DNA of 64,000 bases from an uncultured Methanosarcinales archaeon. Lineage in GTDB: Archaea; Nanobdellota; Nanobdellia; Woesearchaeales; CAZYIM01. A model generated the notes under the pieces. It did not search any database and was not told the DNA's origin. It saw nothing but the letters and a program-made list of their open reading frames with translations. The stretch lies in contig CAZYIM010000003.1 in assembly GCA_964647565.1 (NCBI GenBank), positions 1 to 64,000 of the forward strand, read 5' to 3'. A program made the translations under genes and the position numbers. Positions within the stretch are counted from its first letter, which is position 1; the number at the start of each line of letters is the position of its first letter. Positions 21,255-30,557 of this stretch are shown one piece after another.

Positions 21255-21872
21255 ATGGAGAGCGAGATACTATTTACCGAACAGAAGTGGAATATACTTA
21301 AATTTCTTTCAGAGAATGACTATTCTCCTCTGGAGCTTTCAGACATTACAGAGACCTCCCGGGCAAATATTAGCCAGCAGCTCAAGCTGTTGGACGCAGT
21401 CAACCTGATCAAGAAAAAGAAAGTGCCTAACAGGGATAAGGGTAAGCCCAGGGCTATGTATTCTCTTACAAAAGACTTCGCATATCTTATATTAGTTTCC
21501 AATGGTTTTGCAGGAAAAAGCCTAATTGAGCTCGACGACCATAAGAAGATATTGATGAGAATCTGGTTGATGGAAGATCAAGAGCTCCAATACTATATAG
21601 AACAAGCTTATCTTCATGTTGAATCCATCATGAAACACATATCCCTCTTGCTAGTCAAGGGGGAAGGGGAACCGACCATGTTTTTGGTTGGAAAAGGACT
21701 TAAGGAAAAAGGGGGGAAATTCTCCCCCATCCTTATTAAAAAGCCAGAAGGAGGCCAGATGAGGATCAAGTTTGAGATCCTTGATGAAGAGGTCATCAAG
21801 AAAAAGCTGTCCTCCTTTGAGCATTGCTATGTACTTCACGATCCAAATAGAATCATGTTTGGAAAAAACTAA
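21255..21872 (+). CDS. ArsR-like winged-helix transcription regulator (module copy 2)
   Basis: N-terminal wHTH close to that of 18613. Confidence 0.85.
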   Translation: MESEILFTEQKWNILKFLSENDYSPLELSDITETSRANISQQLKLLDAVNLIKKKKVPNRDKGKPRAMYSLTKDFAYLILVSNGFAGKSLIELDDHKKILMRIWLMEDQELQYYIEQAYLHVESIMKHISLLLVKGEGEPTMFLVGKGLKEKGGKFSPILIKKPEGGQMRIKFEILDEEVIKKKLSSFEHCYVLHDPNRIMFGKN

Positions 21873-21932
21873 TTTGATCCTCGCAACGGGGATTGTGTAC
21901 AAGATAGACTACTGAAGTTAAGGGGAGAGAAA

Positions 21933-22667
21933 ATGAAAGCGAAAGCGATAATGAACTTAGTGATAGCTATATTGATAATTGTTGGATTCAGCGCATCTGC
22001 ATTGGCAGCACCTATAAGCCCTGCAAAGATCACGACAGGCGCATCTGGCAGGAGCGATCTGCCTACAGGCGGTCTTCAAGAGACTACATATGCAGGAAAT
22101 GTGACTGGTCTTGATGTAGTATCCACTAAGATAACTGAATCTTGGCAAGGTTACTATGGGAATATCTCAGGATATATCACCTTGGATGACGCTCTTAATA
22201 ATACACTATATAACTGGTCCATAACCTCGCCAAGCGGACAGATCTATGCTTCTAATGGTTCTGTAACCAGTTGGGCAAGTGTTTATTGTGTTAATGAGAG
22301 TACTACAAAAAATATTAGTCAGATCGAGACCTGGCTGAATATAGGTGCGAGTGATGAGGATGGTGTTGATGAGACATTCAATGTGACGTTTGCAGGATCT
22401 TTTACAGTGGGTGCGGTGACCATTAATTCTGCTGATGATTGCCAGCAGGCAACTACGTTTAAGGATGAGGCATATCAAGCAACAGACTTTGTAGAGGTTA
22501 TCCTTTCTGCAGAGCAGAATTACATCTGGACAGCTATCCTGGAGAATGATGTAGACGGCTTCAAGTCAACTGTTGATAATAACGACTTCCAGATGCTTGT
22601 AGGTGAAGACGGCCACAGCGGTGATGTATCTACAACACAATACTTCTTTTACACAGAAGTAAGCTAG
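21933..22667 (+). CDS. Secreted beta-rich protein (module copy 2)
   Basis: Paralog of 19316. Confidence 0.8.
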   Translation: MKAKAIMNLVIAILIIVGFSASALAAPISPAKITTGASGRSDLPTGGLQETTYAGNVTGLDVVSTKITESWQGYYGNISGYITLDDALNNTLYNWSITSPSGQIYASNGSVTSWASVYCVNESTTKNISQIETWLNIGASDEDGVDETFNVTFAGSFTVGAVTINSADDCQQATTFKDEAYQATDFVEVILSAEQNYIWTAILENDVDGFKSTVDNNDFQMLVGEDGHSGDVSTTQYFFYTEVS

Positions 22668-22847
22668 AGAATAAGTTAAAGATTGTTTTATTTTATTTTT
22701 TTATTTTTTTTATTTTTATTTTATTATATAACATGTTCAATTCATAATCATCATATCACACATTTCACGTTCATTTGAGGTTAATTGAGGTTATTGACCA
22801 AAGGTTAATTGAGGCTTAACCTAAGGTTAAGAAAGAGGTAAACTTGT

Positions 22848-23777
22848 ATGAGGAGAGAATTATTTAGCTTAATAGCGATAGCGCTATTCTTTTTTATCAC
22901 AATATTAGTTGGTACCGTCACTATATCTCCGATTGCAATGGGTGCCAATAATTCTACTGTTATATCTAAGGTAAATGTCACAGCTACCCCTCCAACTCTA
23001 TATGCTGTTTCAGTTATAGATTCGCCTATCAACCTGGTTCCTGGCAGCACCCAAGAGGTGATCTGTAGGGGAAGTGTCCTTGACCTGAATGGTTGGGAAG
23101 ATATAAGTTATGTTAATGCCACCTTCTATGATACCAGTAATGGATATAATCATAGCTCGTCTGATGATGATAACTATCACTACACTAATAGTAGCTGTGA
23201 GTCCTGTACGCAGATATCAACCAACAATGCTTCATGTAATTGTTCTTTTGCAGTGCAGTATTTTGCCAATAATGCAACCTGGGAGTGTAATATGACTGTA
23301 CAGGATGGTGATAATTTAGGATCTAACAAATCTGCCCAAGGTGTTATCAATGCTCAACTTGCTATTGGTACGCCTGCTGAGATAGATTATGGTTCTAAGG
23401 CTGCAGGAGAGTTTTCAGATGAAATAGAAACAAATATCACCAACTATGGCAACCTGCCCATGAACTTGACTGTTTACGGTTATGGCGGATCAGATCCTGT
23501 AGCTGGCGACAATCTAAGCATGATCTGTGCAATAGGCAATATTACGCTTACCAATGAGCGTTATCATCCTATCAATGGAACTCCTTTCAATAACATGTTC
23601 AATCTCTCAAATACAAGTACCTCAATTGACGGCTTTAACCTCGCCGTCAGAACCAACGACAGCAATGTCGAATTAGGGGAGGATCTCAACGCCACATATT
23701 GGATGCTTGAGATCCCTCTCTCGGTTTCAGGATTCTGCAATGGAACCGTTGTATTTTCAGCAGTAGATGCGAGTTAA
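22848..23777 (+). CDS. Secreted Cys-bonded glycoprotein (module copy 2)
   Basis: Paralog of 20119. Confidence 0.8.
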   Translation: MRRELFSLIAIALFFFITILVGTVTISPIAMGANNSTVISKVNVTATPPTLYAVSVIDSPINLVPGSTQEVICRGSVLDLNGWEDISYVNATFYDTSNGYNHSSSDDDNYHYTNSSCESCTQISTNNASCNCSFAVQYFANNATWECNMTVQDGDNLGSNKSAQGVINAQLAIGTPAEIDYGSKAAGEFSDEIETNITNYGNLPMNLTVYGYGGSDPVAGDNLSMICAIGNITLTNERYHPINGTPFNNMFNLSNTSTSIDGFNLAVRTNDSNVELGEDLNATYWMLEIPLSVSGFCNGTVVFSAVDAS

Positions 23778-23800
23778 TTAAACAGGACTATATCCTAAGG

Positions 23801-23892
23801 CTAGCCTTGGCGCAGATTCGCTTGGGGAAGGGCCCTTCGGGCTAGCGAATAGGACAGAAGTAGTCTGGCCGTCTGCCGCCAAGGAAGGCTAG
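23801..23892 (+). repeat. Dispersed structured intergenic element, copy 2 (subtype B)
   Basis: CTAGCCTT-GGCGCAGA...TAGGAC-hairpin-GGCCGTCTGCCGCC-AAGG-AAGGCTAG. Confidence 0.7.
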
Positions 23893-23980
23893 ACTTAAGT
23901 TGTATACTTCTCTAATCATTCCCTGCATTTTAACAAACTATATATAGTTGAAATAAAAACACTGCATCTAGGGTGGTAGT

Positions 23981-25315
23981 ATGGAAGATCTTACTGTTAT
24001 GATAGTCGGTTCTGGTGCACGAGAGCATGCTATTTCTGACGCATTTGAGAAGAGTCCTCAGATAAAGAAGCTAATTGTGGCTCCTGGCAATGATTTTATT
24101 GCATATAAACGGCAAAAAGAGGTCATAGTCAATGATGACTGCAAGGCCTGTGATTTGAAGAAGCCTGAGACCTTTGTTGAGCTGGCCAGAAAATATGAAC
24201 CTGATTTAATCGATGTGGCACAGGACGATGCCCTTGCAATGGGTACTGTGGATCTGCTGCAAGAAAATGGCTTTGATGTATTTGGGCCTAGCCAAGCAGC
24301 TGCCAGGATTGAGTGGGACAAGGTCTGGTCGAGGGAATTTATGCTGAAATATGGACTTCCAACACCAGGGTTTAGGCCTTTTACTAAGGAATTTCCTGCT
24401 AAGACATTTGCGCGTACTATATATGATAATGAACCTGACAAACTGATATATGTAAAGGCAGGGGGTTTATGTGCTGGCAAAGGTGCGCTCAAAGCCAAGA
24501 GTCTTGACCAGGCGATTGCAAACATAGATAAGATGGTGGAGTTCGGAGAGGCGGGCAAGAGTTTTGTCATAGAGGACGGCCTGGTAGGAGAAGAATTTTC
24601 CTGTTATATAGTTAGTGACGGCAAGAATTACCATATTTTCAAGTCGGCCCAGGACAATAAGAGGGCTCTTAACTTTGATCAGGGCGAGCAGACAGGCGGA
24701 ATGGGTGTGATATCTCCTGCGATGGTGACCGAGGATCTATGGGATCAGATTGATGATGAGCTGATCGTCAATGTAATAAAGGGTATGATTAAAGAAGGAA
24801 CTCCTTACACAGGCATATTATATGTGGGCGGTATTAAGACAGAGCAAGGTCTTAAGATAATAGAGTATAATGCACGCTGGGGAGACCCTGAATGCCAGGT
24901 TATACTTCCTTCTGTCCAGACTGACTATGTTGACATTGCCTCAGGGTGTATAGATGGTGACCTTGACAAGTTGACTATTACAGAAGACGACAAGGTCCGC
25001 GTATGTGTAATTGGTGCTTCAAAAGGCTATCCTGGGGACTATTCTGAGGTCAAGGGTAAGCAGATCTTTGGCCTTGGTGAGGCTATGGCCCTGGATGGTG
25101 TCAAGGTTTTTGGTGCAGGCATCTCGGTCGAGGACGACAAGTTGTATGCCCAAGGAGGCAGGCTCTTTTCCATCGTCGGAGAGGGGGCAGACATTCTCGA
25201 AGCCAGGCAGCGGGCATATGCGGCCATGGGCTGCGTGCACATAGAAGGCAATAATCTACATTATCGAACAGATATAGGCTGGAGAGATGTAGAGAGGTAT
25301 ATTAATAGTAAATAA
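23981..25315 (+). CDS. purD: Phosphoribosylamine-glycine ligase
   Basis: VGSGAREHA, APGN, AGKG, AQDNKR, TGGMG, EYNARWGDPECQ, GGR, YRTDIG. Confidence 0.96.
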   Translation: MEDLTVMIVGSGAREHAISDAFEKSPQIKKLIVAPGNDFIAYKRQKEVIVNDDCKACDLKKPETFVELARKYEPDLIDVAQDDALAMGTVDLLQENGFDVFGPSQAAARIEWDKVWSREFMLKYGLPTPGFRPFTKEFPAKTFARTIYDNEPDKLIYVKAGGLCAGKGALKAKSLDQAIANIDKMVEFGEAGKSFVIEDGLVGEEFSCYIVSDGKNYHIFKSAQDNKRALNFDQGEQTGGMGVISPAMVTEDLWDQIDDELIVNVIKGMIKEGTPYTGILYVGGIKTEQGLKIIEYNARWGDPECQVILPSVQTDYVDIASGCIDGDLDKLTITEDDKVRVCVIGASKGYPGDYSEVKGKQIFGLGEAMALDGVKVFGAGISVEDDKLYAQGGRLFSIVGEGADILEARQRAYAAMGCVHIEGNNLHYRTDIGWRDVERYINSK

Positions 25316-25331
25316 ATCACTAACTAAATTT

Positions 25332-25471
25332 AAAATATAGCAACAACTAAAAATAAAAACATTTTTGGAGCTTCAAACTCATCCTGAGTTTGAACAACAT
25401 AGGAACAGACGCATTTTGCGGAAGGCAAAATTCTACTCACCTTTGGCTCGCCTGGCAATGTTGCTATATTT
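25332..25471 (-). repeat. Dispersed structured intergenic element, copy 3
   Basis: Outer IR AAATATAGCAACA/TGTTGCTATATTT; minus-strand core GCCAGGCGAG..GAGTAG-hairpin-CGTCTGTTCC plus an extra hairpin. Confidence 0.7.
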
Positions 25472-25602
25472 CAATTTAGCATAAACTTACTGAATTGTGA
25501 ATCAATTCAGAAGTTTATGAAATTGCTGCGCTATTTCATAAACTTTATAAATCACCTTCGAATTCTGCACTATAAATTATTTATTTATTTAGGTGAAAAA
25601 AT

Positions 25603-25875
25603 ATGGAACCAGCAAGACCATTGGATACATTAAACAAGGCTAGAAATCAAAGCGTGATTGTTGAATTGAAGAACGGTAGGCAATATATTGGAAAGCTTAT
25701 CTCTTTTGATATTCATATCAACACTGTTCTTGAAGATGCAGAGGAGAGAGTACCTGAAGTGACTGAGAAAGAGGTCGAAGGCAAGACTGTTACAGAGAGA
25801 AACATGGTGCTCAAGAGGAAACTCGGCTCTGTCTTTATTCGAGGCGATACAATAACTATAATTTCTGCACAGTGA
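25603..25875 (+). CDS. Sm-like (Lsm/SmAP) RNA-binding protein
   Basis: RPLDTL...[24 protein letters not shown]...FIRGD; conserved position upstream of rpl37e. Confidence 0.95.
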   Translation: MEPARPLDTLNKARNQSVIVELKNGRQYIGKLISFDIHINTVLEDAEERVPEVTEKEVEGKTVTERNMVLKRKLGSVFIRGDTITIISAQ

Positions 25876-25885
25876 GGTTTTTTCT

Positions 25886-26050
25886 ATGACTAAGGGAACA
25901 CCTTCTATGGGTAAGAGATCAGGAAAAAAGACTCATATACGTTGTAGAAGGTGCGGCCAGCACACATATCATGCAAGACATAAGGTGTGCGCGAGTTGTG
26001 GATTCGGAAAATCCAGCCGCCAGCGTTCCTTTACCTGGCAGAAGAAATAG
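25886..26050 (+). CDS. rpl37e: 50S ribosomal protein L37e
   Basis: Manual translation [43 protein letters not shown]. Confidence 0.96.
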   Translation: MTKGTPSMGKRSGKKTHIRCRRCGQHTYHARHKVCASCGFGKSSRQRSFTWQKK

Positions 26051-26110
26051 TTATTTACCAATATCTATATAAATGATTTAACATTTATTACGAAATACGC
26101 TATTTCCTTT

Positions 26111-26247
26111 GCGGGGATGCCGGAGTGGCCAATGCCATGTTAATTGGCGGCTAGACGGGACAGGCTTAGGTGTTCGGGATCTTTAAGATCTCGTCGAGGA
26201 CACCTGTTGGCTTAGTGCCTACGTGGGTTCGAATCCTACTCCCCGCA
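26111..26247 (+). tRNA. tRNA-Leu(TAG) with two introns (26133-26154 in D-loop; 26171-26201 at 37/38)
   Basis: Acceptor GCGGGGA/TCCCCGC, anticodon stem ACAGG/CCTGT, long variable arm, GGTTCGAATCC; 84 nt after removing both introns. Confidence 0.9.
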
Positions 26248-26417
26248 TTAGCGAAGAGAATGTTGGGAGGAGGTTCAGGGACCTTTTTTGGTTCCCTATA
26301 TATACTCCCTGCATGAGTTTAGCGATATAAGACGCGATGAGGTTCGGACTACTAACGCAAAGCGTTATGTAGTCCTAACTGATATTTTGTTAAAACTTTT
26401 AACTTGCTTAAAAGTTT

Positions 26418-26577
26418 GCGGGGGTGCCGGAGTGGCCAATGCCATGTTAATTGGCGGCTAGACGGGCTAGACTCAAGGCATTTGAGTGCTGAGTGCCGCT
26501 TTTTAGCGGTTCTATGAAGAACATGTGAGTCATCTAGTGGCTTAGTGCCTACGAGGGTTCGAACCCCTTCCCCCGCA
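26418..26577 (+). tRNA. tRNA-Leu(CAA) with two introns (26440-26461 in D-loop; 26478-26531 at 37/38)
   Basis: Acceptor GCGGGGG/CCCCCGC, anticodon stem CTAGA/TCTAG, perfect BHB (CTCA/TGAG with AGG and TCA bulges); 84 nt mature. Confidence 0.92.
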
Positions 26578-26751
26578 TGAACGTAGTGAATGTGCGGGAA
26601 GGTTCAGGAATTCGTTTTTGAATTCCGCACATCTTCCCCCGCATTTATTATTAAATAAAGCTGTTCTGTGGAATTAGATTATTTAATTGTTATTACTTCG
26701 TGATGATTAAAATAATAAATTTTATATATAAACCTATTATTCTTGAATTGT

Positions 26752-27123
26752 ATGGAAACATCTCTCAAAAAGCTAGTTGATAATTATGAAATAGATGAGG
26801 ATCGTCGGGAATTAATTTTACTTAGAGATGCTAAGAAGAAGCCTGACAGTGTTATGAATTGGCAGATTCATTATGAGATGTCGAAGAATGAATATAATAA
26901 AAAACACTTTCTTCAACAAATGATGAAAACTATAACTAGGAACGGCGATATTTTTTCATATTCTCAAGGAGTAGTACATACTTATATGATGAACAGGCGC
27001 GATCTAACTTCTAAATTACTAACTGAAGCAATAGAAAAACACCCTGTTACAGGAAGAGTTTTGAAATTTATATATTATATACCTTCTTTTGCTTTCCTTA
27101 AAAAACATAAAAAAGAACAATAG
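26752..27123 (+). CDS. Hypothetical protein
   Basis: ORF with ATG at 26752 preceded by a TATA-like TTTATATA. Confidence 0.55.
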   Translation: METSLKKLVDNYEIDEDRRELILLRDAKKKPDSVMNWQIHYEMSKNEYNKKHFLQQMMKTITRNGDIFSYSQGVVHTYMMNRRDLTSKLLTEAIEKHPVTGRVLKFIYYIPSFAFLKKHKKEQ

Positions 27124-27259
27124 AACTGGTCTTCTTATGAGGATTGAGTAAATACTGCGTATTTCCACAATCCCAACAAAAACTTGGGATTTTTGAGGAT
27201 TGCGAAATTACTACATAATTTCCACAATCTATATAAACTCTCGAGCTGATATTGCTCAT

Positions 27260-27751
27260 ATGCTTCGTAAATCGCAGATTAATCAGACATTCATGATCAT
27301 ATTTGTTCTATTTGTCATCGGATTCTTGGTTTTATTGAGCTTTCACTTCTTTGGTACGGTTCGCGACGACAAGAAGGTTGTGGATGCAAGGGTGTTTGAA
27401 AATGACTTCAAGATGGCTGCTGGCAAGGTCCGATACTTGACAGGCACCACTAAGACTATAGAGTTTAATGTGCCAACTGGCTTTTCAAGGCTTTGTTTTA
27501 TCGATTGGAACAGGACTGACTTACCTGATAGTGAAATTCCTCTTATTATTAAGGATATTGCAGAAGGAGAGTATGTTGAAAACAAGGACATATTTCTTAT
27601 TGAGCCTGGCAAGGACTTCATTAGTTTTGGTTCTTCTGATATAAAAAACGATAATTCTAAACGTGTTGCTTGTTACAATATTACAAAAAATCCTTTTTCT
27701 GCTCGTCTTGAGGGAGTTCCAGGAGGTTTTAAGTTTGTCTGGTTGGGCTGA
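27260..27751 (+). CDS. Protein with class III (prepilin-like) signal peptide
   Basis: MLRKSQ followed by a hydrophobic helix (INQTFMIIFVLFVIGFLVLL). Confidence 0.65.
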   Translation: MLRKSQINQTFMIIFVLFVIGFLVLLSFHFFGTVRDDKKVVDARVFENDFKMAAGKVRYLTGTTKTIEFNVPTGFSRLCFIDWNRTDLPDSEIPLIIKDIAEGEYVENKDIFLIEPGKDFISFGSSDIKNDNSKRVACYNITKNPFSARLEGVPGGFKFVWLG

Positions 27752-28074
27752 TTTTTGTTCTCGTCGAGAGATTTTTTCAAAAAATCCAGTTTATTTAAAA
27801 ATAAATGTGTTGTTACTTACATGTTGTGAACGTCTGAAAACTGGTAATTTAGTGTTCTCAGGGTTTAAAGCCATAATCTTCTTTTATGGGGTCTTCTTTC
27901 TGGCGAAAACTTTATAAAAAGAAATTAACTATTTGGGTCTACGTGAGTTGGCTATAGATGTCTGGTATGTGAAGGCATAATTTTATTCATGGTCTATCAT
28001 AGTCCAAAATTATGCAAACTTCATATGCTAGAAGTAATAATAGTCAAAACCAAAAAACACATGGAGGTGTTTAA

Positions 28075-30219
28075 ATGGACGTAAAGAAAACAATTAAGCG
28101 GATCGTTGCTTTAGGAGCAGGGGCTACCATGTTAGGAGCTACTGTAATGGGAGCAATGGCATCGCTAGGCGATTTCCCTGGTAATGTAATTACCGATGGA
28201 GTAGCCAATTTGAAAGTCGTTGTTGGAGAAGCAGCAGCAGTATCCGATGTTCTCGGAGCTATTGACATTGCAGCAGCAATCCAAGCCGACGCAGTGACCG
28301 GAACAGCAGTATCAGTCGGTGGAACCGTAGCAGTTGCAGGCGGTAAGACAGAGGATATTCCTTTGGATACTAACCTGAACGACAACACAGATGGTTTCGG
28401 AGCAACACTCGACCAAGACGATGTAGACAGCATGTTGGACTCTTCAGTAGACATTGATATTAATGATGTGGAAGACACATATGATGTCAGTGATTTGTTG
28501 ACCTTCAACGCTGGAATCAGCGTCGAGACAGGACTGACCTACCAACCTAATGAAGACTGGAAGGACTTGGTTTTCATACCAATAACCAGCAATGCTATCA
28601 ACTACAACTTTGTATTTGATGATGCATTGGTAGCTGGCAACCTACTTTCAGACGCAACATCCAACGACCCAATAACCATTAATTTCCTTGGTAAAAACAT
28701 GGATGTTACTGGAATGGGCACAGCCAATACACAGGTGAAAGTGCAGGTCGGCGAAGAAGTATTCATGCAGGTTGGAGACACAGTTGAGATCAATGGGAAA
28801 ACTATTGAACTCAAGAACGTTGGTTCAGGAACAACAAATCCGCCAGTAATTGTAACTGTTGACGGCGTAAGCCAGACAGTCACAGGCACTGAGACAGTCA
28901 ATGGAATCAAGGTGAACGTAAAGGAGACCTTCTATTCAGACACACTGGCAGAAAGGTCAGCAACCTTAATCATTGGTGAAGAGGCAACCAAAACCTACGG
29001 ACATAATGATGAGTTCATCGGCGAAGACAAGGACGACCCACTGTGGAGATGGATCATTGCAGGTGTCAATGCTACAACTCCAACTTTAGGAATAATGTGG
29101 AACCTGAATGTTGATGACCCAGAAGAAGAGGATAATCCATTAATACAACATCCATTGTATGAAGGAGAGTCTGTATGTCTGCCATACAACTACCTGTGTG
29201 TTGAGTTCCACAGCCTTAAAGTGAGTGACTACAAAGACTACGAGATTGATGTGACAACTAAGGACTTATATCCTGATGCTGCCACAGCTACAGCAACAGT
29301 GACTACAGCACATGTCCTAAGATTCAGGGCAAAAGGCGACAAGAAGAAGGGATTTGCTTTCCAGGGTACAGACACTGGAGAAGTATATCTTTATTCTGAT
29401 GGCTTAGGACTTGACTTGTACTATTGGGATGACAGCAACAGCAAAGCAATTCTTGGAAACCTAAGTACTGCAGGTTACACAGATTGGGTTAACCTAGACT
29501 ATAAGGACAGTTTGATAGGAGTTGACGTATCTTGGGATGCAGCAAATGATCTAGGAAACTTGTCATTTGATGCAGGCGCAGGTCCAGTACAGTTGAAGTA
29601 CTACTTTGAAGAAGACGCTGCTAATGCAGCACAGATCAACTGGCTAGGACACAGTGACTCAGATACAACCTTTGCAAATGATGTCCTGTATGGTACGCGA
29701 GACATCTCAGGCTGGGAAGAAGACACACGAACCCAATATGGTATCGTTGTCAAGGATCCAAGGTCACAAGCCTCTGGAGACAGCCATGAGTTCAGCTTAC
29801 CATCAGACTGGGGCGAGTTCAAAGCAAACGTAATTGTTAAAGGCACGTCCACTACGACAGAAGCCGCATCAGGCGGAATGTCATACAGCGTCAATCCAAT
29901 TGGCGTCGGACTAGGTATCCTTGACAAGGACGTTGGAGCTGCAGATAGCAACCTCATTGTAGTAGGAGGCCCATGTGCAAACACTGTCGCAGCAGACTTA
30001 CTTGGAAACCCATCCCCTTGTGGTAAAGACTTCGAGGCTGGAAAGGCAACCATTAAGTTCTTCGCAGACAGGAATGCAGTCTTAGTTGCTGGATATGAAT
30101 CCATGGAAACACTAGGAGCTGCTTATGTACTTGCTGACTACGACAAATATGCCTTAACAGGTACTGAGGTAGAAGTCATACTTCCCAGCGTGACACCACT
30201 TTCGGTTACTGCAAACTAA
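28075..30219 (+). CDS. S-layer protein (Methanococcus/Thermococcus-type N- and C-terminal domains)
   Basis: KKTIKRIVALGAGATMLGAT, VVVGEAAAVSDVLGAIDIAA, NLIVVGGPCANTVA, VLVAG; GGAGGTG RBS, poly-T terminator. Confidence 0.92.
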   Translation: MDVKKTIKRIVALGAGATMLGATVMGAMASLGDFPGNVITDGVANLKVVVGEAAAVSDVLGAIDIAAAIQADAVTGTAVSVGGTVAVAGGKTEDIPLDTNLNDNTDGFGATLDQDDVDSMLDSSVDIDINDVEDTYDVSDLLTFNAGISVETGLTYQPNEDWKDLVFIPITSNAINYNFVFDDALVAGNLLSDATSNDPITINFLGKNMDVTGMGTANTQVKVQVGEEVFMQVGDTVEINGKTIELKNVGSGTTNPPVIVTVDGVSQTVTGTETVNGIKVNVKETFYSDTLAERSATLIIGEEATKTYGHNDEFIGEDKDDPLWRWIIAGVNATTPTLGIMWNLNVDDPEEEDNPLIQHPLYEGESVCLPYNYLCVEFHSLKVSDYKDYEIDVTTKDLYPDAATATATVTTAHVLRFRAKGDKKKGFAFQGTDTGEVYLYSDGLGLDLYYWDDSNSKAILGNLSTAGYTDWVNLDYKDSLIGVDVSWDAANDLGNLSFDAGAGPVQLKYYFEEDAANAAQINWLGHSDSDTTFANDVLYGTRDISGWEEDTRTQYGIVVKDPRSQASGDSHEFSLPSDWGEFKANVIVKGTSTTTEAASGGMSYSVNPIGVGLGILDKDVGAADSNLIVVGGPCANTVAADLLGNPSPCGKDFEAGKATIKFFADRNAVLVAGYESMETLGAAYVLADYDKYALTGTEVEVILPSVTPLSVTAN

Positions 30220-30362
30220 AAAAAATAAAATTTTTTATTTTTTTTTTTTTTCTCTTTTTTAAAAGAGACACCAGAAATTAACCTTGTTAATTTCTCAGTG
30301 TTTTCCTATTTCTGCGACCCATAATCTAGAGATAGTAATAGATTTTCTAAGATAAAAAGCTA

Positions 30363-30480
30363 AAAATAACAGCACGGCTGGACGAAACTGACCTCGTTCC
30401 TAGACGTAGTCTTGGGTTAAGGTCAGTGGAGTAGGACAGAGCTTGACTCTGGCCGTCCGTGCCATCGCTGCTGTTATTTT
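30363..30480 (+). repeat. Dispersed structured intergenic element, copy 4
   Basis: AAAATAACAGCA/TGCTGTTATTTT outer IR; GGCTGGACG-ACTGACC...GGTCAGT-GGAGTAGGAC-hairpin-GGCCGTCCGTGCC. Confidence 0.75.
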
Positions 30481-30557
30481 AAGCTAGTCATTTAATTTTA
30501 GTTATAGTACTCTGTCTTTCCGTAAACTTTATATACCCTTATCCTCTAAAATGCTTC

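Noticed and set aside
23801..23892. ZMP/ZTP or PRPP riboswitch upstream of purD
   Set aside because: Lacks the consensus features as I recall them, has relatives in unrelated contexts, and a TATA-like box lies between it and purD
30363..30480. 5S rRNA or SRP RNA identity for the ~120-nt structured elements
   Set aside because: Only the short GAGTAG word resembles 5S; no CCGAAC loop or SRP helix 8 motif; copies are too variable
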